Source: Amoebophrya sp. A120
Taxonomy: Eukaryota > Protista > Dinoflagellata
DNA length: 64,000 nt
NCBI GenBank assembly: GCA_905178155.1
Contig: CAJINV010000001.1
Location: 9,321,865 to 9,385,864 of the forward strand
Reading direction: 5' to 3'
Part shown: piece after piece, positions 49,588 to 59,907 of the stretch
Layout: every line of letters starts with the position of its first letter
Numbering within the stretch: position 1 is the first letter of the stretch
Notes under the pieces: generated by a model
Database searches by the model: none
The model's input: the letters and a program-made list of their open reading frames with translations, nothing else
Told to the model about the DNA's origin: nothing
Position numbers and translations under genes: made by a program

Positions 49588-50689
49588 TTAGGCCAGAAAA
49601 TCGGACGAAGTACATACTTTTTCGCGCACCCGCTGGTATGGCGGGCCAATTTCGTTTCACTTCGAGGGCGGCGGGATACCCTCGCAACACACCCGGCCCG
49701 AGGACCTCGCTGCGCCATGCAGCGGCTCGGGCGTTGTGGCTTGTCAAAGAGAGCCGGGGCGGCCTCCCGGCCTCGAAGCCCGCCNTCGGGCGTTGTGGCT
49801 TGTCAAAGAGAGCCGGGGCGGCCTCCCGGCCTCGAAGCCCGCCGAGAGCGACAAGCGCCGCCCCGCCAAGCGGCTTTCCCACGGGCCTGTCCATGTCGGG
49901 GCGGTGCGCCGCCGCCATGTTTTTTGCCGGACGCGCATGGGCCTGCTTGCCGTACAGCAGGGGCCGGCCTCCGAAGCAGTAGGGCGCGCGCCCCTTGGGT
50001 TGGGCCTGCTTCGGCCCAAGCCAACGCCCCCCAAGTTGGGGGCAATGAGGGGGGGCCTGGGAGAAGCGCGCGCCCCCCCCCCTTCTGGGGGGGGGTAAAA
50101 AGGGGGCCGAATTGGCGTAATTCTGCCCCCTTTTTCAGGGGGGGGCAAAAAATGGCCTTCCCCCGATGCTACAGGGGGGGGGGCAAAATGGCCCAGAACC
50201 AGGCACATTTTACCCCCCCCAAAAGGGCTAGCGAATTGGGCCAATTCGGCCCCCCTTTCCCCCCCCCCCCCGGAAGGGCGGGGCGCGCGCGCCTTTCAAG
50301 GGGGATGCAGTTCACCCACCGGCCGGGGCCCCGGATGGGGGAGGGCGCGCCCGGGCGCAGCCAAAGCAAAAGCTTTTCCGGCCCCGAGCGGGCTTCGAGT
50401 TGGGGCCCCGGGATGCACGCCGAGTCGGCTGCGCATCCCCGACGTGGGCCTCGCGCGGGGGCGGGTGGCAAAGTCCAGGCTGCGTGCCGTCGCCTCCCTT
50501 CCTATCTATGTCAGGCCGACCCGTCCCGGCCCCGGCCGCCCCGCCGCAACGCCGGAGGCTAATTTTTCCGGGGTAAAGCAGCCCGGAACGCGGTCGCGCC
50601 TTCGCACCCCCCAACTTCTCTCCGCCCGCGACCCCCATTGCACGGGGATGCGCAAAAAAACATGTACTTCGTCCGATTTTCTGGTCTAA
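49588..50689. mobile_element. 1.1-kb non-autonomous TIR element E15 with GC-rich interior
   Basis: ~44-bp TIR TTAGGCCAGAAAATCGGACGAAGTACAT… / …ATGTACTTCGTCCGATTTTCTGGTCTAA. TSD TTCAG (49583-49587, 50690-50694). Confidence 0.9.
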
Positions 50690-51138
50690 TTCAGGAAGCA
50701 AGTTGCTTGACTGATGCCGCAAAAATAGAGCATTAACATCTTCATATGGTGTTCATACCTGTGCATTTTTTCGCATTGCAAGCATTTCCTTTGGCACTCT
50801 TCGACCTCTTGCTCGAGAAATAAACGCATAACTAAACTAGTATATCCGCCGCGTTGTTCTTGTTTGGCAGTCCCAACCACAAGCTACATACTTGATCATG
50901 CACATAGGATATTTCTCCATTGATTCGCCGCGGTTCGAGCTTTTTTTCCTTTGAAGCGGAGTACTTTCACTACTTTCACTTTCTTTGAACCAACAGGCAA
51001 GTTTACTCGCAGCGAGGCTGATCATGGCTTATGTACTACAATTCTGATCTTGATCTGATCATGGCTTATGTGTGAAGATGTTGAGTTGACGCCGCAAAGA
51101 GTCTTAGTCCAAGTAGGTGCTTCTCAGAATGAAGGAAA

Positions 51139-54100
51139 ATGTGGTTGACCTCATCGAATTATACTTGGTCACGCCCAGAAGCAAGCGGCGGTGAAGTCGG
51201 TCGGATCTTCCGCAATGAGGACCCTGAACAAGTTGCAGATTGCAGATTCTGGCGGAACGAATTCGACGCGCACGCAACAGTGCCACGGCAGCACGTTCTA
51301 AATCATAAGCAGCGCCAAGAACAAACCATTCGGGAGGGACAAAGATCGCAGCCGCAAGAGCTCTGGAACAGTTGTGCGGCAGCACTTCCACTTGGCTTTC
51401 GCAGCTTCGATCGGGACGGTAGTGACATGCAGTGCTGTAGTGGGCAGCCGAAAATTAAACCGAAGGGAATAGTACCTACGGAGCGCGCAGAAGCAGAAAT
51501 TCAGCTGAAACGAAACGCCTGCTCCCATCACGATAATAAACCTCTGGTCATGTTGAACAGTACATCTCGGCCACCAATTCTTGCCGCCACCGCGGGCTGC
51601 ATCGATCCGCTAGGAGGCGAAGGAGTCGGGGACGCCATGACCTTGCGCGGCGGGCCACCGAGAAATAGTCATGGAACAGAAGGTAATGCCGGCGCAGCTG
51701 AAACAGTAATAGAAACGGACGCGAGCTGCAGCGAGCTTCGCACGAAAATGAAAAATAGCATCGCTACGACAAGAAGAAACAACAGAAAAAAGAAACGCAC
51801 CACGGAGCGTGAACGTGGAAGCGCTTCCGTACAGCAGGAGAAGAGCGGTGCTCGTGGTGTGGATGGCGAGGACGTATGGAACATGCAGAAAACGACGACG
51901 ACGACATCCAGTGTTCCTGCTAGGACGGCATCTACCCGGCGGAATTCGGATTGCGTGCAGGTTACCAATTTGCCTCTCTACCCGACAGAGGAGTTGACAG
52001 AAGCCTTTCTGACCGTCTTTCCGCAGTTGTGTCAGGTGGTCATGGCCCGCGGCTCCAACCGGAAGGCTAAGGTACTTGCCAGCCGCAATGCTGGCAACTG
52101 CAGCTACGGACAGTCTTCATCCTACTTTACACCGCACGCGGTTGGTGATAAAGCCACAACTGTCTTGCGGCCGTCCCAGCATGACTCCGTGCTCACGTCG
52201 AATCAGGTTGAAAAACAAAGCGAAAGGCAAAGCGAGAACATGATCCAGAACTTTCGTGAGGACACCGAAAGAAAGAAGCTAGCTGTAGAAGTGCCAGGGA
52301 GAACATACAGCGACAGAAGTGCTCGCACCAGTACAACAGCCAGCATGTCCCCGGCTTCTAATTGTGCGTCTTCTTCCTCCTGCCTCCCCACATCACCATT
52401 AAGCTGCAATCCTATTCCACAAAAGAATGCGGCTGATCGTAGGGCGTGTTTACAGCTGGTCTGGATCCCTCGCAAAGCCATCGGGTTCATTCAGGACTGC
52501 ACTTGTCCAATGTGCACTGCCAAGTTGGTAGAGACAACGACATGTGATCCGCTCTTCACGCAGCGCCACAAAGAAGCCCTCGTGGCCCTGTCGGAGCAGG
52601 TCAAACTGTCCTTCACACAGGAAAGGTGGTTCCTTTTTCAAGACGAGTTTCTGGCGCATCCGACGCCACAAAAACCGATCGTGCCCGCAGGAAGAGCCAC
52701 TCTCCCTCGTGGTCACGCACCGACGACGTTGAGCGGCGAAAGAAAAAAAAGAGACGATGACGAGCAGGAGGACTATCATGGCAGAAAAAGAAAAATATCT
52801 CTGCCCCAGAGCAGGAGACCGACTGAGCAGGGGTTCAATAAACATCCATCAGCGAAGATGAACATCTGGTGTCGTCCAGATGAAAGTGAAACCAATTTTG
52901 CTTCTGCCCCAAGTTCGACGGCGATTCCGGAGGATACCGAAGATGGATTTTCGTTGCAGAAGAACGGCGCGCATGATCAAGATATTGCACCAGCCGCTTG
53001 CCGCCAACAGAAGCAGACAGACACCGACCTGCCAGGAGGTCGGGAAGATGAACTGCAGCAGAAAATATTTCCATCGGAAGATGAACCAGGTGCCGCTTTT
53101 CGGCGAAAATTTCGCGAGCACGTGCGGTCGCTGTTTTGCCGTGCGATCATGTCACCAGGGCGCGGCACCTGCTTACGCGTTACAGGCTGGTGGGAGACGG
53201 CAACCGAGTTTGTAGTAACGCAGGTGGTGCATCACAGTAGCAACTCTGGTGGTGGTGCACCATCATCATCGCCTCTAGAAGATCACCACTGCGCACACAC
53301 AGGTCGAGCAGGCACGTTTTCCAATCGTCAAATTGTACAGCGCAGGAACCAGAACTCGGCAGCGAAGCAGAAAAAACAGCTTGTAACGATCGCTCTCACG
53401 TCCAGCACCCTTCGTCAGCAGAGGTGGAAGGTATCCTGTGGAAAAACGTCCCCGCCCCATGGTCGTCATGCAAGTCTGCATGTCAACCGACCAAGCCAAT
53501 ACCAACTCCACTTTCAAAGTGCGTCGTTTGCACAGCTCCATGAGCGCCGTTTTTTTCTCGTCACGCTATCTGGAACTCAATTTCGCATGCTGGAACTAGG
53601 ATGAACAGGCTCCGGCTGATTCATTTAAAATACGGTTTTCCTACCGAAAACGCAATGCATCGCAGGCACAACCAAGTTATTGCATTTCATTTGTGCCCTA
53701 GCAATACTCCCATCTTGACTTTTGCTCTAGTGCGTGGGTCCTGTTTTTCCATAGGATACAAGGTGATGCACGGCCACGGAGTGGAGGAGGCCGGGCTGAG
53801 TGCGGTGCTGGTGGAAACCGTGCGGCACAGCCGCATCTATCCTGAGCAAAAACGTCGCCACCCCAGAGTTTCCATGTAGATTTGCAATTACAGGAAGACT
53901 TGTAAATGCGCACTAAAGAAGTGTCAATGCGCACTACAGGAGGAAGACTTGTAATCCGCTACATGTTGATGTTGAAGATGACGATGATGAAATGCGCATT
54001 CGTTCCCTTGCGAGGCATATTCAGTCGCGTTCTGAAATTTGTAAAAATGCTGTACACTCACAGGATAAGGGGCAGCTGGCTTTGTGATGCGGCGGTCCTT

Positions 54101-56193
54101 GCTAACCGGCACAACTGATTAGAGAAAAAATTGTCAGCGCGCTTGACTCGCGAAATAAACTTCTGCATTTGTGTTGCAGAGTTCCCAGCTTTGGGGACGT
54201 TTTTTCTGAGGATAGCATCCGCTGGCAGTTCAGCCGACGTGCTGGGCCTCTTTCCAGCATGGACGCGCTGCTGAACTCCCACGCGCTGGACCACAAATGC
54301 TTCTTCCCGGAGGAGACGACGCAACTTCTCGCGTCGTCTGCCGACGGTTGTTTGCGTGTACACCACCGTGACGACGAAGAGATGATCTCTCTCGATGAAG
54401 AGCACAATTCTGAACACCACGGTAACGGTGGCGACTCTGCTCCCAGTACCACCGGGGATGAGGACGCGAGCGAAGACGTGTCGTCTCCCTGTGGCGACGA
54501 GAAACATCAATCGTTTTTTTTTGCAGAAGACGCCGCAAAGGACGGAGCAGGGCGCACTGCAGCGAAGACGAGCGCAAACGAACAAGTTCCCTGCGGAGCC
54601 CGAGCCCCTCCTGCGCCCGCAGCGTTTCCACGTCCAACAACTTCGAAGTGTGACCCGAGTCAACGAGGGGACGAAAACAAGAGGTCCAGTAGCCGCGGCA
54701 ACGCTGTGGATTTTGAAGACGAAGCCAACAATTCTCTGCAGCATGTGCTGCAGCCGTCGTCGCCACCGCACGTTGAGGACCTACAGATATCACATCCTCC
54801 CTGGGGCTGTACTAGAAGAGAGGACAATTTTCGGCCTGATGCAGGCTCGTGGCCCATAAGTCAGAACGTCGACATTACCTTCCGCCATGCTATTGCGTCA
54901 GAAACAAAAGAGGTACAACAACTACATCACGGCCGACCAACTCAGCCAGGTGGACGAGGTGATTTAAATTTCGAAAATTATTCTCCACCTCGCAGCGAGA
55001 ACCACGACGCGGGAAGAACTAGAGGAATCAGGGGCAGCACAGCAAGCACAAAAAGTGAGAAAGAAAATACACAACAAGTAAATTATCGTCAAAGCGCCGC
55101 AGGAGAGGATCTTGACCAGGACCACACGGGCTTCAATATCGCGGAACAAGTGGCTGCAAGTTCTACGGTTGGAGGTGCATACGACGTCGACCAGAACAAC
55201 GGTTGGACCATGGAAAGCAGGAGTAAAACCGGTTGTTGCAACAATAAGTTTCGGAGTCGGTCTACGAGCTGCGTGTCGGTGCGGTACAAGATGAAGCGGG
55301 CCCTGTTTACCAGTTCTCCCCTGAGCATGGGCGTCCTTCCGACCACGGTTGCCTACGAGGCTTGCTGGGACCGCGCGCACGCCATCTGGCTGCACCACAT
55401 GATGCAACTGTGTCGCACGGTCCGGGGCCTTACTTGGGTGGACCTGTTCGGAAAGTTCGCCCGACACTTGTATCCTGAGTGGAAAAAGCGGACCACCGCG
55501 GCTCTGCCCGCGGCTGTTATCGAACGGCAGGAGGCAGCACGACGGGAAATTTTGCGCGCGCAGCGGCCGACGGACGGACATCAGGAAAAGACCAAGGTGC
55601 CGCTCACACTGATGTGGAGTAGCTTTTCGGGTGCAGAGGCAAAGCAGCACCGGACGCGCGTCGTCGACGCCGGGGCGTGGCTGTCGCAGCAGAAGCTGCA
55701 GCACATGCTAAAATACGAGCTCTCGAGGCTCTGGGTTCTGCGCATGGCCTTCCAAAGTTCGCCGGACCGAACCTTTGGAATCCCGGTGCTGAAGCTCGGG
55801 AACACCCTGGCGGACTACCAGAGCTACCTGCGGAGCACCGTTCTTCCCATGGCCAAGAAGGCCCTCGAACGGGCCGGGCTGAGCACCGCTAACGTCGTGC
55901 AGGACGCGGAAGACTATCGTTTTCCACCCGAATTGCTGGAACACGAGGAGGACAAGTTTTATTTTGCTGCTGCTCGAAAAGCTTCGTCGACCACCGCCAC
56001 CGGTTCAGCCTCAGCAGCTGGCTTGTCATCCCGTTCTTGCGCAGATGATGGCCGCGCGGAGAGGAAAGTAGACCTACTCCAGGAACAGAGGCTGAAGGGC
56101 GGACACTGGATTTTTGATGTTCCTTTCATCGTCATGCCAGTTTTCGCGGACATTGAGCGATATCCCCTCGAAAAATACAGAGACGCTTCTTGA
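51139..56193 (+). CDS. Large hypothetical protein, at least 3 exons
   Basis: Exons 51139-53430, 53763-53867 and 54181-56193 join in frame (QQRWKVMHGHG…RHPRVPSFGD). A further exon to 56600 is possible. Confidence 0.7.
53432..53758. mobile_element. TIR introner-like element E16 forming a canonical GT-AG intron
   Basis: TATCCTGTGGAAAAAC / GTTTTTCCATAGGATA. TSD GAAGG/CAAGG. Intron 53431-53762 reads GT...AG. Confidence 0.88.
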
Positions 56194-57351
56194 TTTTTGG
56201 CAGCGCTGGAAATGACATGATCGACAAGCATGATTGATATAGATATGCCAGTAGTTGTCGTATTTCTATTTTTCTGCTCTGAGTCTGATGCTTTTCAGGA
56301 TCCTCATGACGAGGAGATGGCGGGTAGTAGAGTACCTGCTGTCAACGAAGAGAGCACTTTATGGCATTGGCGCAGCATAAGATCAAGAGCAGGTTTTTTC
56401 CCCCGGATCCAGTTCCCCTAGCGTATGCTCAAGCGCCGGGATACGGTTCGGAGCCATGGACGTGCTACCCAACGGAGATCGAATCCATCCAGCCCATAGA
56501 AACTCAAGACCAGCTCGTCCGCATTATTGCAAATGTGCCGTGTCTCAGGCTGGATTACCGAGCGGAATCGATCTTCAGACCGGACGAGGACCACGAATAG
56601 GCTACGCTTGCGGCTTCATATTCATGCTATAGAAACTTGGTACGCCGCCTCCGCGGAGGACGTTGTTTTTCAGGTCGTGATGCACCGAGCCCCGCTCGAA
56701 CTAATCATCATCATCACCGATCTAGAAGGATTTGATGACGTGCCGTAAAGGCAGCTGTGCTATGGTGTGAAATGCAAGAAATATCCATCTTATTTCTGAG
56801 TGTGGTGAAAATTGAAATGTTCTCCGTAGAAAGATCTTGCACTGAAATTCAAATACGAAAATGTTTTAGTGTCTTAGAGATGTGCAACAAGATCCCGCCG
56901 AGCCCGAAACTGTGGTAGGGGCCCGGTGAAACGAGAAACCCCGCCGCGAGGACGATCCTTGATGTCATTGTAAATGCGAAACGGAAAGCGAAAAAATCAA
57001 ACACCTACGTACGGCTATGATTCCGACACGAGCGCCCATAATGTGTTTGCTTTAACCATCATCCTCATCGCGCAGGACCCCGAACTTTCGACTGATATTT
57101 CCTCCACATAGCTTCCTGTGTGACTAAGTATGTTCATGCTCTCTTTGTTGTATCAGTACTGTACGTGAATCTGAATGGGAAAATCAACTCAAAAAATGTG
57201 AATTTTCAAAAGAGTCTTTACTAGATTCGTTTTCGTGGCTACAGGCTCATATTTCATCTTCCCATTCGCCAGAAGTAGTAAGATAATCTTTAGTATCTTA
57301 TCCACCTGATTTTAGTCCGCGGCTTTTTGCCGTCGGAAAGCGGTTGCAAAG

Positions 57352-58662
57352 ATGGCGAACATGTCGGCGAAGTTTATGAAGGGGGCGTTCGTTGGGTGGA
57401 CGGACACGGTGGGCCTCCATTACAGCCATGACTTCGACGAGCAGAAGATTCGTGCGCTGGACGACAAGAAGAAGTTTCTGCAGCGGAAGCAGAAGCTGTA
57501 CAAGACGCACAAGATGATGATCCGCATGATCATCCCCTTCTCGTTCAGTTGCGAGACCTGCGGGCGGATGAACAACCTGGGTAAGAAGATCCAGATGCGC
57601 ATGGAGATGATCTGCGACGACTTCACCAACGGATACCAAAACTACCGGTTCTTCGGGAAGTGTCCCCACTGCCTGGCGCATTTCGTGTTCCGCACCGACC
57701 CGGAGGTGGCGGGGGGGTACCGGCTGGAGCTGGGGGGGCGGCGCGCCTACGAGGAGGCGGACGACCGAACCTCCCTGGAGCGGGCGTTGCAGTACGATGA
57801 GGAAGAGTACAAGGAGACGATGCAGTACAAGCAGGAACAGGCCCGGGAGGAGCTGGCTTTGGCCGACAACCTGGAGAACCTGATCCACTTCCGGAAGGAG
57901 CGGAAGAAGGACGGTACCATGCTGATGAACGCCCTGGACAAGCTGTTTTCCTCAAACGCGAACTCAGCCTTGGGGGAGGGAAATAATTATAGGCTAGAGG
58001 ACGGGGTCGGGATCGCGGGCGGCGGGAGTAGTACTGCTTCTTCTGCGCTCATGCCGGGCACGACCGCCGGGGAGGACTGGCAGATGAACGAAGCGGACGC
58101 AGTGGACTTCGAGATGTGGCTCGACACGGAGTACCAGCTGGCCCAGGAAGCCTTCGAGCAGACCGCCCGGGAGGAGCGGGGGAAGCAGCTGGATCGCGAG
58201 CTGATGACGTTGGAAGAAAGAGAGGAAGAGAAAATAGCGAACGAAGGTGGAGCCGCAGCGAATGTAGGGCCCAGGCCGATGAATCCGCCCACAATCGAAG
58301 TATCGGCGCAGAACCAGAAGAAGATGAAAATCAAGGCCTCGATTGCCGGGACAGACTTGGACATGAAGGAGATCCAGGCACAGCAGGACGCCGAGCAGCG
58401 AAAGCGACTCGGCACTTCCGGGCCCGGGAACGCGAGCATTAATCGATTCAAATCCATGTTCAACGCAAAGGTGTTTCGGGAACGAGAAGAGCGAAGTCCA
58501 CGGCGCGAACCACCACCTGGTGGAGCTGTATCGAAGGCCGCGAAAGTGGGAGGCTTGCTCGGCGGCACAGTTGCCAGCAACAAAGCAAGCACTTCCTCCG
58601 GGGGATCAGCGAAGCTAAAGCCCAAGGGTGGCTTTGACTACTCCTCATCCAGCGACGACTAG
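57352..58662 (+). CDS. YJU2: YJU2/CCDC94 (Cwc16; Saf4/Yju2 family) spliceosomal step-I factor
   Basis: IRMIIPFSFSCETCG…GKK…YRFFGKCPHC…FRTDP…Y…GGRR zinc-binding signature followed by a coiled coil. Intronless. Confidence 0.88.
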   Translation: MANMSAKFMKGAFVGWTDTVGLHYSHDFDEQKIRALDDKKKFLQRKQKLYKTHKMMIRMIIPFSFSCETCGRMNNLGKKIQMRMEMICDDFTNGYQNYRFFGKCPHCLAHFVFRTDPEVAGGYRLELGGRRAYEEADDRTSLERALQYDEEEYKETMQYKQEQAREELALADNLENLIHFRKERKKDGTMLMNALDKLFSSNANSALGEGNNYRLEDGVGIAGGGSSTASSALMPGTTAGEDWQMNEADAVDFEMWLDTEYQLAQEAFEQTAREERGKQLDRELMTLEEREEEKIANEGGAAANVGPRPMNPPTIEVSAQNQKKMKIKASIAGTDLDMKEIQAQQDAEQRKRLGTSGPGNASINRFKSMFNAKVFREREERSPRREPPPGGAVSKAAKVGGLLGGTVASNKASTSSGGSAKLKPKGGFDYSSSSDD

Positions 58663-58879
58663 TGCAAGCCTTTGCTGTGGCGCATCGCCCTGATTCTGTA
58701 AAGTTTGCTTCACTGCAAATACTGCAGCGGCGAGGGTCTTCGATTCAGCATTCTTACGAAAGAGATGATTGAATTTTATTCGAGAGTGGCGACAAAAGCG
58801 ACGATATTGTAATTGTTACATTCCTGAAACAACTGAAACTCGCAGAAGAAGTTCAAATACGCATCCGCAGGCAAAGAAA

Positions 58880-59907
58880 ATGCCGTTTCTCCTCAACGAT
58901 CTGTCTTGTTCTCGTGTTGTGGATCGCTGGTCGATCTTCTGCGCGCGTATGTGTTGGTTTTACTTTTAGGTCCTCGCCACTTGTTTGGTTTTCGGTCTCT
59001 TCCTTTCATCTCTTCGTTGCCAATTTTTTTTCGGTTTCTTTCTAGAAGATCTTCTGAACAATGATCGTACCCATGGTGTCTACTATTTCAACATCGCCAA
59101 ACTAAGATACAAGTCGGTCCGCAGCGTCTCGCCTCCACGCCCCCACTTTCTCCAAGGTTTTTCACCTAATGTAGATCTAGATGGTCATTGGCGTCGGAGA
59201 AGAATAGCAATTGCTATAGAGCGGGGTAACAAATTCGGACGAGTTGTGGCCGTCCCACTTCTCACCCGCCCGGCCGGGTGGGTGACTAGTGGGACGGAAC
59301 CAGGACCCTGACCACGAGAACGGCGAAAAGCAAGACTCGGCCAGGTGGTCAGGCTCCTGGTTCCGTCCCACTAGTCACCCACCCGGCCGGGCGGGTGAAA
59401 AGTGGGACGGCCACAACTCGGCAGAATTTGTTACCCCGCTCTAACGTGAAATCTCGATGCTTGAAGTGTGGCTTCCCGCGGTCGGTTGTTGCATTTTGGG
59501 CACGCTGAAAGGCATCCAGCATTCGTTCCACAAGCGCGGCGGACTGAAGTTGGCGGCGATCGCAAGCGCCGGCGTCGGCGGCGTTGCATACATCAAAATC
59601 TATCGAGGCGATCAGGACTGGTTTGGCTTTTAGTGCGGTTTCTTTGTCAGGTTTTGCATCGCGAAAAGTTTATCATTGGAACTGCTTTTGTACTGTCGCA
59701 GTTGTCCCGGTCCCATTCATATTCAACTTGCAATTTGTATTTGTGAAACGTACCAGGTTCCGCTACGTTCCGTACGCCAAACAACCCACGTATTTGAAGA
59801 AAAACTTTCCGTTCTACGTGTCCAGTTACTGTCTTTCTTTCTGCGGTGCCTACGCCACGCGAGAGGGCTACGTCAAGTTCATGTCTCGCTACATGTTGCC
59901 GAAATAG
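58880..59907 (+). CDS. Small (125 aa) hydrophobic protein, 4 exons, not visible as a single ORF
   Basis: Exons 58880-58897, 59048-59116, 59481-59620 and 59757-59907 total 378 nt in frame. Two direct-repeat-bounded introns (GATCT, CGGTC) and one GT-AG intron (59621-59756). Confidence 0.6.
59217..59443. mobile_element. Foldback/MITE with ~99-bp near-perfect inverted arms
   Basis: Arms 59217-59315 and 59345-59443 with a 29-nt loop. Ends TAGAGCGGGG…CCCCGCTCTA. Confidence 0.92.

Noticed and set aside
49727-49843. Exact 58-bp tandem duplication
   Set aside because: The copies are separated by a single N at 49785, typical of an unmerged contig overlap.
49470-50722. ORFs inside E15 as a possible transposase
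   Set aside because: Gly/Pro/Arg-rich GC artefacts with no DDE or HTH features.
9781-53758. Stop-codon readthrough or an alternative genetic code as the cause of ORF breaks
   Set aside because: The breaks are 140-940-nt non-coding inserts bounded by TIR/TSD, not single in-frame stops.
56156-56600. Additional element 56161-56379 and a terminal exon to 56600
   Set aside because: Frame-compatible with TAT...ATA ends, but the IR is weak and the TSD only 2/5.
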